From positions 6,515 through 70,514 of the forward strand of contig CAITQP010000011.1 in the NCBI GenBank assembly GCA_903894565.1: a DNA stretch of 64,000 bases. Direction: 5' to 3'. Below, in pieces: positions 9,811-19,882 of this stretch. Made by a program: the position numbers and the translations under genes. Within the stretch, counting starts at the first letter, position 1. Each line of letters opens with the position of its first letter. The stretch comes from an uncultured bacterium (GTDB taxonomy: Bacteria > Patescibacteriota > Minisyncoccia > Phycocordibacterales > UBA9973). The notes beneath the pieces were generated by a model, which ran no database searches, was not told where the DNA came from, and worked only from the letters and a program-made list of their open reading frames with translations.

Positions 9811-10188
9811 TTACTTCATGTCGACAGGAAAAATCTTCCCAGGATTGATTACAGAAATTACGCACGTGCCATCTGACTTTCCATTCGTAATTTGTTTGCT
9901 CCCAACTTTTTTAAGTTTTCGGGTGTCCTCGTCTAACGGAGGGTTCCATGAACAAAGAGGAAAATTATAGGAACGAGAATCTGTTCCAAAAATTTCAGAA
10001 TAAAGAGTAACTCGAATCAATACTATTTGTGTTGATTCCGTTGAGACTTTCATCTGAGCAGTGTATCTGAAATCGCTGCCTGGGATTGTGGCCAATCCGA
10101 ATACGATATTACCATCTTGGTGGGTGATAGTAATATCAATGCTACCGTCCCTCGTTTCGATACCTATATCCTTTGTAAAGTTGCACAT
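9811..10188 (-). CDS. Orphan hypothetical protein
   Basis: Likely start MCNFTK at 10188; converges on the grpE terminator (9773-9812). Confidence 0.5.
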   Translation of the reverse strand: MCNFTKDIGIETRDGSIDITITHQDGNIVFGLATIPGSDFRYTAQMKVSTESTQIVLIRVTLYSEIFGTDSRSYNFPLCSWNPPLDEDTRKLKKVGSKQITNGKSDGTCVISVINPGKIFPVDMK

Positions 10189-10250
10189 AATGAGTATTTT
10201 TGGTTTGAATAGTTCTACCACGCATTCAAAAGATGTGCAATAATAGGGGC

Positions 10251-10595
10251 ATGGATACAAACAACACAAACGAATCAGGTTCCGCTCAGCTCGCGGTGGA
10301 GATGGCTCCGTATAGCGATGATCGCGCATTCAAAAAAATGAATGAATTGTTCAAATTTAAACAATACGGCGATATTTTTCGTGCAATGAATCGTGTTGTT
10401 GATGCGCACCCTGAATTGTTCGATAGTAAATTCGATGAAGTTTACGATTACTTTGATGCGATTTTTAACTCAGAAGATCCAAGTATTTCTGGTGCTGATT
10501 TTTACAAATTCCAAGACAAGCTGATGAAGCAATTTTGGGAGCGTATGTATACAGTCGAGACTCGTCCTACTGTCGTGTTTGAAAGTGAAAACTAG
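10251..10595 (+). CDS. Hypothetical acidic protein
   Basis: Clean ORF; TAATAG -10-like element just upstream. Confidence 0.6.
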   Translation: MDTNNTNESGSAQLAVEMAPYSDDRAFKKMNELFKFKQYGDIFRAMNRVVDAHPELFDSKFDEVYDYFDAIFNSEDPSISGADFYKFQDKLMKQFWERMYTVETRPTVVFESEN

Positions 10596-11119
10596 CTCAT
10601 CAAATAGAATTGTTTGAGCTCTGCTTCTGTCTCCACATCAAGTGAACTTGTGACGATGATCATGAGTTCTGTTGTAAGCCCGAAATCTTGTTTGAGATTT
10701 TGGAATAGAAATTCGAATGGAAAAGGGGAAACCCATGCGGAATTTTTGAGACGAATAAAGCCTGCCTTTTTGAGGAGGTAGCGCAAGCTCTCGCGTTCAG
10801 CTTTGCGAGTTTCGGGGAGATCGAGAAGGATGATGCGCCATTTGCCGTCCCAATTCGGATTGGCGAGGGAATTTGAGCTATCAAGCTTGAGCGTGGCGAC
10901 TTTTTGCTTGCCCTTTTGGGTGAGGCGGGCGAAGTCACCTTGACCAGCTTCGTGCGTTTCTATAAGCCCCGTAGAAGCGAGATTCTTGAGACTTCGTGTT
11001 ACGGCGTATGCCTCTTCTGATGTGGGTTTAAAGCCCGCTTTTAGCTCAGGAATGCTGACCGCCTTCTTGCCAGAGAGGGAATTGAGGATTTTCTTTGAAA
11101 AATCTGCCTTTTTTGCCAT
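10592..11119 (-). CDS. PaaX-like transcriptional regulator (wHTH plus Cas2-like domain), CPR type
   Basis: RLTQKG...WDGKWRIILLDLPE...LR-LLK--GF-RL-NSAWVSP. Confidence 0.85.
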   Translation of the reverse strand: MAKKADFSKKILNSLSGKKAVSIPELKAGFKPTSEEAYAVTRSLKNLASTGLIETHEAGQGDFARLTQKGKQKVATLKLDSSNSLANPNWDGKWRIILLDLPETRKAERESLRYLLKKAGFIRLKNSAWVSPFPFEFLFQNLKQDFGLTTELMIIVTSSLDVETEAELKQFYLMS

Positions 11120-11258
11120 GCACCAATCCTAGCATATCCTGCGTATATTTCAACGTAGATTTCGCGGTCGCAAAAAACTTGTCAAAATTTTGAAGGGAGT
11201 ATATAATCAGCGAGTTCGAATTTATTTTGTTACAAATTATTAATAATTCATAAAAAAT

Positions 11259-13145
11259 ATGTCAAAAATCATTGGTATCGACTTGGGTACAACAAATAGT
11301 GCGTTCGCCGTCATTGAAGGTGGTGAGCCAAAAATCATTGAAAACGCTGAAGGTCAGCGTACAACTCCGTCAATCATTGCCGAAGGCAAGAGTGGAGACC
11401 GTCTCGTAGGTATTACGGCAAAGCGTCAAAGTATCACGAACCCAAAAAACACGATCTATCAGATCAAGCGTTTCATTGGACACAATTTCGATGAAGCTGA
11501 TGTTCAGAAAGATATTCAGAGTGTGCCATTTGAAGTTCGCAAATCGGACAATGGTGGTATCGAAGTGAAGATGGCGGACAAATGGCTTCGTCCAGAAGAA
11601 ATCAGTGCAATGATTTTGCAAAAGATCAAAGCTGATGCTGAAGCTCGTCTCGGCGAAACAATCACGGAAGCAGTTATTACTGTTCCAGCATACTTCAACG
11701 ACTCACAACGCCAGGCAACAAAGGACGCTGGTAAAATTGCTGGACTTGATGTGAAGCGCATCATCAACGAACCAACTGCTGCCGCACTTGCATACGGATT
11801 CAACAAAAACAAAAATGAAAAGATTGCGGTCTTCGATTTCGGAGGAGGAACATTCGACGTCTCGATCCTTGAAGTCGGTGATGATGTTATTGAAGTGAAG
11901 TCGACTGACGGTGACTCTCACCTTGGAGGAAAAGATATCGACCAGAAGATCATGAACTGGCTTGCCGAAGGATTCCAAAAAGAAAATGGTATTGATCTTC
12001 GAAAAGATCCACTTGCTCGCCAGCGTCTCGATGATGCTGCGGAAAAAGCAAAGATTGAACTTTCAACAGCAATCGAATCTGAAATCAATATTCCATTCAT
12101 CACGAGTGGTGAGGCTGGACCACTCCACCTCGTTCGCACCATGAAGCGTGCCGAACTTGAAGATATCACTCGCGAATTTATTGATCGCGCAATGATGATC
12201 ACGAAGCGTGCCGTCGAAGCAAGTCCATTCAAAGTTACTGAGATCAATGAAGTGATTCTCGTTGGAGGACAGACTCGTATGCCAGCGCTTCAGGCTGAAG
12301 TTGAGAAATTCTTCCAGAAGAAGCCACACATGGGCGTGAACCCAGATGAAGTTGTAGCACTCGGAGCTGCTGTTCAAGGGGGAGTGCTGAAAGGTGAAGT
12401 GCGCGATGTGCTTCTCCTCGATGTGATCCCACTTTCACTCGGAATTGAAACACTCGGAGGTGTCGCAACAAAACTCATTGAGAAGAACACAACAATTCCA
12501 AGTCAGAAATCACAAGTGTTCTCAACCGCTGCGGACAATCAGACAAGTGTTGAGATTCATATCTCACAAGGTGAACGTCCAATGGCAGCTGACAACAAAT
12601 CACTTGGACGATTTGTGCTTGAGGGTATCCCGCCAGCACCACGCGGTATGCCACAAGTTGAAGTTACATTCGATGTTGATGCAAACGGAATTCTCTCAGT
12701 AACGGCAAAGGACAAAGCTTCAGGCAAGAGTCAGAGTATTCGCATCGAAGCAAGCTCTGGTCTCTCAAAAGAAGATATCGCGAAAATGCAGAAAGACGCA
12801 GAACTTCATGCTGACGAGGATGCGAAGAAAAAAGAAACAGCTGATGTAAAGAATACCGCTGAGATGACAATCTTCACTGCGGAAAAAGCACTTAAAGATG
12901 CCGGAGACAAAGTCCCCGCAGATGTGAAGACTGGAGTTGAAGCAAAAATCACAAGTCTTCGCACGGCAAAAGATTCAAGTGATCTCGATGGCATCAAGAA
13001 GGCAACCGAGGAACTTTCAGCTGAAATGATGAAGATTGGCGAAGCAATGCAAAAAGCTGGTGCAGCACCAGAGACCGGCACGACTGCTGAGCCACAGAAT
13101 CCTGAAGTAAACGGAGAGAATGTACAGGACGCTGAGATGAAGTAA
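11259..13145 (+). CDS. dnaK: Chaperone DnaK
   Basis: [23 protein letters not shown] and VGGQTRMP motifs. Confidence 0.99.
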   Translation: MSKIIGIDLGTTNSAFAVIEGGEPKIIENAEGQRTTPSIIAEGKSGDRLVGITAKRQSITNPKNTIYQIKRFIGHNFDEADVQKDIQSVPFEVRKSDNGGIEVKMADKWLRPEEISAMILQKIKADAEARLGETITEAVITVPAYFNDSQRQATKDAGKIAGLDVKRIINEPTAAALAYGFNKNKNEKIAVFDFGGGTFDVSILEVGDDVIEVKSTDGDSHLGGKDIDQKIMNWLAEGFQKENGIDLRKDPLARQRLDDAAEKAKIELSTAIESEINIPFITSGEAGPLHLVRTMKRAELEDITREFIDRAMMITKRAVEASPFKVTEINEVILVGGQTRMPALQAEVEKFFQKKPHMGVNPDEVVALGAAVQGGVLKGEVRDVLLLDVIPLSLGIETLGGVATKLIEKNTTIPSQKSQVFSTAADNQTSVEIHISQGERPMAADNKSLGRFVLEGIPPAPRGMPQVEVTFDVDANGILSVTAKDKASGKSQSIRIEASSGLSKEDIAKMQKDAELHADEDAKKKETADVKNTAEMTIFTAEKALKDAGDKVPADVKTGVEAKITSLRTAKDSSDLDGIKKATEELSAEMMKIGEAMQKAGAAPETGTTAEPQNPEVNGENVQDAEMK

Positions 13146-13159
13146 ATTTTAGTTTTTCT

Positions 13160-13189
13160 AAAAAGGCCCCGCTCACGCGGGGCCTTTTT
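13160..13189 (+). terminator. Intrinsic terminator after dnaK
   Basis: AAAAAGGCCCCGC-tcac-GCGGGGCCTTTTT. Confidence 0.9.
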
Positions 13190-13229
13190 GCTGGTTGACA
13201 AAAGTATGTTTTTTGAGTAAAGTGCACTC

Positions 13230-13385
13230 TAATTAACTCATTAGAACCAGGTTGCCCATACTTGCATAAGGTTTTTGGTATAGCCTGGCATGGTACTGGG
13301 CGCCTGTTTCTTCATTTTTTTATTTGTTTTATTTGGTTAGTGAGTCAGGGCGGCCGCGATTTCTATCGCAGCCGCCTTTTTATTT
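13230..13385 (+). ncRNA. Candidate small structured RNA
   Basis: TTGACA-17-TAAAGT promoter (13195-13223), internal stems and its own terminator (13349-13381); no credible ORF. Confidence 0.45.
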
Positions 13386-13461
13386 GTTTACTATTTCTTT
13401 GCAAAAACTTGTCCACGATATTCTTCTGTATATTTTGTCGATTGAATTTATACTTGAGGAT

Positions 13462-14437
13462 ATGAAAATAAAATTCCTTGTCATTGTCATTGTTATCGTT
13501 CTCGGTTTGATTCCAGTATCGTCTCTCGAAGCCGCGTATCATTTTGCCAATTTTGTTGGACGGTCACCAATCCATGTATACAAAAGTACAGGCATAAAGC
13601 CGCTTGGAGTTACGCCTACTGAGATTAAGTCGTTCTATCATTTACCGTTAAATGGAGGACAGGGTACGATTGCTATTATCGGTGCGTATAAAGATGTATC
13701 TATCGAAAAAGATCTCGCAGATTTTGATGCACAGTTTTCGTTACCTCCATGTACGATCAAAAATGGATGTCTTGAGACGCATGTTATGACTGCGAAAGAA
13801 AAGTCTGATACAGGTTGGGCACTCGAAACAGCTCTCGATGTTGAGTGGGCACATGCGATCGCGCCGAGCGCGCGTATCTTGCTTGTGTCGGCAACGAGTC
13901 CCTCTGGGGCGAATTTTCTTAATGCACTCGATTATGTTTCTACTCGGCGAGATGTCGTGTCTGTTTCAATGAGTTGGGGAGGACAAGAATTTCCTGAAGA
14001 GATTTCTCTCGATTCACATTTTATCAGTAAGTCTGGCGCGGTTTATTTTGCTTCATCGGGAGATACTGGATCGGGTGCATCTTGGCCAGCTTCATCACCA
14101 AATGTTGTTGCTGTCGGTGGAACATCGATCGTATTTGATCGAAATCAAAAACCACGCGCAGAAATTGCATGGCAGGGAAGTGGTGGAGGAATCAGCGGGT
14201 GAATGGAGAACAGTCGGTGGGACTTCTGCTGGCGCACCGCAGTGGGCAGCACTTGCGGCCCTGGGAAGTGGTGCCTCAAATATCAATTTTTACAAAGACA
14301 AAACCCTTGTGACAAACGGACAATTTTTTACCGATATTACAAGTGGTGCTAATGGTGCATGTATTTTTTATTGTACAGCCCGAAAAAGGTATGATTATGT
14401 TACCGGACTTGGAACACCCCATACTGCGCATTTTTAG
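13462..14437 (+). pseudogene. S53 (sedolisin/kumamolisin) peptidase broken by an internal deletion with frameshift
   Basis: ETALDVEWAHAIAP, SSGDTG and PASSPNVVAVGGTS in one frame end at GSGGGISG*. The catalytic GGTSAGAP and YDYVTGLG lie in another frame. The usual R-PDV segment between them is missing. Confidence 0.85.
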
Positions 14438-14452
14438 TTTATAATGGCAGGC

Positions 14453-16195
14453 ATGACTCAAGCGCAAGCGCTCGCCATCATGAAAACAGGAGTGAATGTG
14501 TATCTGACCGGTTCAGCTGGTTCGGGTAAAACACACACTTTGCGCGACTATATCAAATGGCTCGATGATCGAGCTATTCCAGTTGCAATAACCGCTTCTA
14601 CGGGCATTGCAGCCACTCATATGAACGGCCAGACGATCCACGGATGGGCGGGAATCGGTATTCGAGAATTTTTGACAGATGCTGATATGGATATGCTCGA
14701 ACAAAAACAATATCTTTGGAAGCGTTTTGAAAAAGCTCGGGTATTGATCATTGATGAAGTTTCGATGCTTCATGCTCATCGTCTGGATATGGTAGAGCGT
14801 GTCTGTCGACGATTTAAGCGAAATGATTTACCTTTTGGTGGATTGCAGGTGATTCTTTCGGGGGATTTTTTTCAGTTGCCCCCGGTAACAAAAAGTGGAT
14901 TTGCTTCGGCGCGGCAGGCGAAGCCTGCCGCGCCTCAAGGCGAAATCTTCAAAGACTTCGACAGCGGTGAAGAATTCCAAGAAGAGGAAATCCCCGAAAG
15001 TGACATGGTTATTCATTCTCGTGCATGGCGCGCAATGAAGCCTGCCATTTGCTACCTGACGGAACAGCATCGTCAAGAAGACGATACCTTTCTCGAGATT
15101 CTCAATGCGATGCGTGCGAATATGGTAGAGGACACACACAAGGCACTCATCAAGGGTCGCCTGAACGCATCTGTCTCAAACGCATTTCCAACAAAATTGT
15201 ATACGCATAATGTTGATGTTGATGCGATTAATTATGCTGAATTACAAAAACTTCCTGGCGATACAAAAGAATTTCACATGGCAGGCACTGGCGCTGATCC
15301 ACTCGTGTTGGCGCTTAAGAAATCGTGCCTTGCTCCCGAACAGCTCAAACTCAAAATTGGTGCAGAAATCATGTTCATCAAAAATAATTATGAGGCAGGA
15401 TATGTGAATGGAACACGTGGAGCAATTCGGGGTTTTGATTCTCGAGGTGAGCCGATCGTTGAAATATATGCCACAGGAAAACGTCTCTCTGTGCAAGCGA
15501 TGAATTGGGAGGTTGAAGAAAATGGAAGAGTAAAAGCTAGCATCACACAATATCCTCTTCGTCTTGCATGGGCGATCACAATCCACAAGAGTCAGGGAAT
15601 GAGCTTGGATTCTGCAGAAATTGATCTATCGAAAACATTCACGTATGGTATGGGTTACGTAGCGCTTTCGCGTGTGCGTACACTTGCCGGCATTCGTCTT
15701 GTAGGCTTCGCGGATAATGCACTTCAAATGGATCCAGCCGTACTTGCGCTTGATGACAAACTGCAAGCAGACAGTGAGGATAACGTAAGTATTTTTTCCA
15801 AACTTACCAAAGAAGAGCATGATAAACTCGAGCGAGAATTCGTGCTTCGTATGGGTGGCAAAATATTTGTTGAATCAATCCAGAGTATAAAAAAAGAATC
15901 GAAAGAAAAGAAGTCAAAAAAATCAAAAACGCCAAAGGAACCAAACGTAAATGAAGACGGGCTCACGTGGGCAGAACGCGTGGCAGAGATGCGCAAGAAA
16001 TATCCAAATGCGTATATGCCATGGAATGAAGCAGAAGATGACGCGCTTACTATCCAATTCAACAACGGTATTTCACAAAAACAACTTTCAAAAGATTTTG
16101 GAAGACAGCCTGGATCGATTCGTGCGCGTCTTGAAAAACTTGGACTGATTGAGAAAGACGAAACGTGGTATCCCAAAAAAGAGAAAGCCGAATAA
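14453..16195 (+). CDS. PIF1/RecD-like SF1B helicase with C-terminal HTH
   Basis: TGSAGSGKT, IIDEVSM, GDFFQLPPV, AITIHKSQGMSL and YVALSR motifs. Confidence 0.92.
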   Translation: MTQAQALAIMKTGVNVYLTGSAGSGKTHTLRDYIKWLDDRAIPVAITASTGIAATHMNGQTIHGWAGIGIREFLTDADMDMLEQKQYLWKRFEKARVLIIDEVSMLHAHRLDMVERVCRRFKRNDLPFGGLQVILSGDFFQLPPVTKSGFASARQAKPAAPQGEIFKDFDSGEEFQEEEIPESDMVIHSRAWRAMKPAICYLTEQHRQEDDTFLEILNAMRANMVEDTHKALIKGRLNASVSNAFPTKLYTHNVDVDAINYAELQKLPGDTKEFHMAGTGADPLVLALKKSCLAPEQLKLKIGAEIMFIKNNYEAGYVNGTRGAIRGFDSRGEPIVEIYATGKRLSVQAMNWEVEENGRVKASITQYPLRLAWAITIHKSQGMSLDSAEIDLSKTFTYGMGYVALSRVRTLAGIRLVGFADNALQMDPAVLALDDKLQADSEDNVSIFSKLTKEEHDKLEREFVLRMGGKIFVESIQSIKKESKEKKSKKSKTPKEPNVNEDGLTWAERVAEMRKKYPNAYMPWNEAEDDALTIQFNNGISQKQLSKDFGRQPGSIRARLEKLGLIEKDETWYPKKEKAE

Positions 16196-16201
16196 TGTAA
16201 A

Positions 16202-16237
16202 ATGAAAAAACTCCCGCGCAAAGGGGAGTTTTTTCAT
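16202..16237 (+). terminator. Intrinsic terminator
   Basis: ATGAAAAAACTCCC...GGGAGTTTTTTCAT. Confidence 0.8.
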
Positions 16238-16405
16238 GTACGGAAAGAATATGAACCGTACTCTCGCGTATTTTCCAAAGAACCTTATTTCTATTTTTAC
16301 AAAACAGGCGTGTACTTTTCCTAAACGTATTGTCAAGAAAACATCAAATGAACATCCACAAAATGATGTTCAAAATAAAATCAATACGATACACTTTTAT
16401 CAAAT

Positions 16406-19400
16406 ATGATGAAAAAATTGTTTGTGCTTCTTTTTATTATTCTTTGTTTCCAATTTTTAACACATCAAGCGGAAGCTTCAACTACTGTGGGTGGGGATAT
16501 TTCAAGCGACACGATATGGGATATATCCGGAAGTCCGTACATACTCAATCAAGAAGTTCGAGTTACATCGGGAGCATCACTGACCATTTCTCCTGGCGTC
16601 ACAGTCGAAAACGGAATTGGAAAGCATCCACTTGACCTTGGTATTACTGTTACTGATGGAAAATTAGCTGTACTCGGGACATCTGATCAGCGGATCACGT
16701 TTCAAAATATATATGTTGATGGTACCAATGCCTCGATTTCAATTTCTTATGCCGACCTATTGAGGGTTCAGGTGTCCACAAAATCCATTGTTACTATTAT
16801 CGAGAGCACGCTAAGTAGTTTGAGTATGGTTGATAGTTCAGTCGCAACTGTTTCTGATACAACTATCGACGCAGATTTTTCACCGCTCGCTTTGGCTCCA
16901 ACATATATCCAAGGACGATCAATTCTTACATTTAAAAATGGTCACATTCGAAATACGAGTACTTCGGGGACAGCACTGCAAACACGTGACAACGTGACAG
17001 TGAATCTCACGAATACGGTAATCGAAGGAGGCGATATTGGAGTTGCCGTGACCGTTGATAGCAGGGTCACACTTGATGGCGATATCGTAAAAAATGCAAA
17101 AAAAGCTGGTATATATGTAGAAAAACACCCGACTGAGTCTTGGGACCACAACGAGCTCGTTGTTCGCAACTCACAAATCATACAAAACGAACATGGTGTT
17201 GAGATTCGAAATACTCCAGAGCGAATTGATATTTCTGGAAATAGTTTTATAGGAAATACGATAGCGATCTATCACACGGATCCAGGAAAAATAATAATTG
17301 GAGAAAATTGGTGGAATAGTTCGACTGGTCCGAAAAGTACTCTCTATAATCCCGGTGGTCAGGGTGAATCAATCTCAGATCTTATCGTCGTTTCATCATG
17401 GTTAATGACGGATCCATTTGATAATCAAATAAAAATTGAGAAGAAGAACACACCAGTTATTATCATCCCCGGTATTGCGGGGAGTGAGTTGTTCAAGAAG
17501 AATGCTTCTCAAACAGAATTATGGCCAAACATAAAGGGTGTGGTAACTTCGATATCGGATGATTTTCTTGAATATCTCGCATTCGATGCAAACGGCGAGG
17601 AAAAAAACGACAATCCTGTTCACGTGGGAGATGTGATTCGATCGCTTTCCGGAGTTCATATTTTTGATTCATTGATAGATTCTCTCGTATCAGCTGGATA
17701 TGTAGAAGGGAAGGACCTTTTTGTTTTTCCGTATGATTGGAGGCATTCTGTTCAGGAAGATGCTCTTGAATTAAAAAAGATGATTGCAAATGTCACGACC
17801 CTATCGAATTGTCCAAACGTGACGCTCGTCGCGCATAGCATGGGAGGCTTGGTTGCAAAGCAGTATATTGCCGACGAAGGTGATTCACTTATTGATAAAC
17901 TCATACTTTTGGCGACGCCGCATCTTGGTTCACCAAAAGCATTTACGATGCTTGAATATGGCGACAACCTTGGGGCGAGTATTCTTGGTTTTAGTCTTTT
18001 GAATCCAAAAAAAATATATTCAATATCACAAAATATGCCTTCAGTGTACGATTTGCTTCCGAGTAAGACGTACGTGGATGATCCTAGTCATGGACTTCGG
18101 TATGTGCAAGACTTACTAGGCACCTATTTATCGAATACCAGTTCACCGTATCTTGATTACGCGGAAACAAAACAATTACTTATCAGTTCCGGACGAAATT
18201 CTAACCTGTTTTCTCAGGCTGAGGACATGCACGCGGGGATAGACTCGATACCTTTGCCAGAATCAAAAACATATAATTATGTTGGTTGTGGGCGAACAAA
18301 AACAATTGGGAGTATAACTTTACGAAAAAAATTCGCTTGGACAAGTACTGGTCGAGCGTTTGTGGATGATTATGATCTCGGGTATGTGAATGGAGACGAT
18401 ACCGTACCGCGTACCTCAGCGTCTCTTTCTGGGACACAACAATTTTTTGTTAAGGGCGCGTCGCACTCAACGATCCCTTCGACGAGTGGCGTACCTGAAA
18501 GTATTCAAGCAGTACTTTCTGATCATCCCGAAAAAGCAATTTCTCAAAATGTTGTGAGAGATACAAGCGCCTGCGCGATTGCAGGAACACTTGTAAGTAA
18601 ACATAGTCCCGTTCGAATGGACGTATATGATGCCAGTGGTAACCACACAGGACCATTAGTCGATGGCTCGATCGAGTACGGTATTGAAGGGGTTTCCTAT
18701 GATGAGGTAGGGGAAGATGCGTTTGTATTTTTGCCGAGTGGTGCTACTTATACTATTGTAAACACTGCAACGGATACTGGTGGATATGATTTGTATGTAA
18801 AAAAAATAGCTGAGGATGATACCGTGACTCGTGAGTATTATTTTCATGATATACCGATTGTTTCTGTCGGAGATGTCTCATCACTTACGATTAGCGATGA
18901 GATTAGTGACCCAGAAATTCATGCGGGCTCTGGCAGCGACAACCAAACAATATACAAGCCTTCTCGTGTTACCTCTGATATGTCGGCACACGATTCTGTT
19001 GCTCCAGTTAGTTCTGCAAACATCGCCGACGACGGTTATGTGACGCTCAGTGCAAGTGACGTAGATTCGGGTGTTCTTGAAACAAATTATTCAACGGATA
19101 GTGGTACTACGTGGAATCGTTACGAAAATCCATTTCAGGCAATTGGTCAAACGGTAAACTATTTCTCGATTGATGCCGTTGGAAACGTGGAAGATATAAA
19201 AATAATTACTGTTCCTAAAAAAATAAATGAAAAAAATGAAATAATTGATCACTTTACTCATGATACTGGAGGTCAACAAAATTCAGGACCTGTTCAGTTG
19301 TTTGGTATTGCTTCTTCGAGTATCGTATCGCAAGAACCATCTTCTAAATTCATTGCCGATATACATCGCGTAGATCCCGTGCAAGTCGCAGAACCGAATA

Positions 19401-19606
19401 TTCCAAGGAGTGAACATCTCGCTACGAATTTTATTAAAAATAGAAGGCCGACAAATTCGCTCTCACCATTTAGTACGAAAATTCAAAATGAAGTACCTGT
19501 TTCTCTTTCCTCCAACGTTCAAAAGTCTGGATTCTCACTTGATTATCGACTTTTCATTATAGGACTGTGTCTCTTTGGGTGTCTTTGTTATTTCGCGAGA
19601 CGATGA
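16406..19606 (+). CDS. Large surface protein: beta-helix plus alpha/beta-hydrolase (LCAT/lipase-like) plus Ig-like domain and C-terminal TM
   Basis: Signal peptide; PVIIIPGIAGS, FPYDWR, LVAHSMGGL, TPHLGS and GDDTVP motifs; D-VAP-S...YFSIDAVGNVE module. Confidence 0.85.
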   Translation: MMKKLFVLLFIILCFQFLTHQAEASTTVGGDISSDTIWDISGSPYILNQEVRVTSGASLTISPGVTVENGIGKHPLDLGITVTDGKLAVLGTSDQRITFQNIYVDGTNASISISYADLLRVQVSTKSIVTIIESTLSSLSMVDSSVATVSDTTIDADFSPLALAPTYIQGRSILTFKNGHIRNTSTSGTALQTRDNVTVNLTNTVIEGGDIGVAVTVDSRVTLDGDIVKNAKKAGIYVEKHPTESWDHNELVVRNSQIIQNEHGVEIRNTPERIDISGNSFIGNTIAIYHTDPGKIIIGENWWNSSTGPKSTLYNPGGQGESISDLIVVSSWLMTDPFDNQIKIEKKNTPVIIIPGIAGSELFKKNASQTELWPNIKGVVTSISDDFLEYLAFDANGEEKNDNPVHVGDVIRSLSGVHIFDSLIDSLVSAGYVEGKDLFVFPYDWRHSVQEDALELKKMIANVTTLSNCPNVTLVAHSMGGLVAKQYIADEGDSLIDKLILLATPHLGSPKAFTMLEYGDNLGASILGFSLLNPKKIYSISQNMPSVYDLLPSKTYVDDPSHGLRYVQDLLGTYLSNTSSPYLDYAETKQLLISSGRNSNLFSQAEDMHAGIDSIPLPESKTYNYVGCGRTKTIGSITLRKKFAWTSTGRAFVDDYDLGYVNGDDTVPRTSASLSGTQQFFVKGASHSTIPSTSGVPESIQAVLSDHPEKAISQNVVRDTSACAIAGTLVSKHSPVRMDVYDASGNHTGPLVDGSIEYGIEGVSYDEVGEDAFVFLPSGATYTIVNTATDTGGYDLYVKKIAEDDTVTREYYFHDIPIVSVGDVSSLTISDEISDPEIHAGSGSDNQTIYKPSRVTSDMSAHDSVAPVSSANIADDGYVTLSASDVDSGVLETNYSTDSGTTWNRYENPFQAIGQTVNYFSIDAVGNVEDIKIITVPKKINEKNEIIDHFTHDTGGQQNSGPVQLFGIASSSIVSQEPSSKFIADIHRVDPVQVAEPNIPRSEHLATNFIKNRRPTNSLSPFSTKIQNEVPVSLSSNVQKSGFSLDYRLFIIGLCLFGCLCYFARR

Positions 19607-19687
19607 TGTGCTGTTCTCATGTTTCGTTTTGTGTGATGCAGTACAAAATATCGTTGACGATGGAGCGCGTAAACAGTACTATTCTCT

Positions 19688-19848
19688 GTAAGTTGTGAAC
19701 GAGCCGCCTATGCACAGTCATTAACACTTTTTAAAATGGTGATGGCCTTTTCTAGGGCAAGTGGGCGAACATGATCGTATGCGGTTCTTTTTGTAGAGTT
19801 GTGGAAAATGGTGGGCTCGTTGTCTAATAAATAACGAGCTCTTTTTAT
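19688..19848 (+). promoter_or_regulatory. Candidate switchable structured leader or sRNA upstream of the Y-family polymerase
   Basis: TTGACG-17-TACTAT promoter (19654-19682); terminator at 19813-19846; AACGAGCC (19698-19705) is complementary to the terminator 5' arm. Confidence 0.5.
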
Positions 19849-19882
19849 TTGTGATGCTCGTTGTATGTGATACAGTGGAGAG

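Noticed and set aside
10592-11119. Cas2-like segment suggesting CRISPR-Cas
   Set aside because: It is the central domain of CPR PaaX-like regulators. No cas1 or repeat-spacer array is visible in the window.
11120-11258. CIRCE element before dnaK
   Set aside because: No TTAGCACTC-N9-GAGTGCTAA match, and no hrcA in the window.
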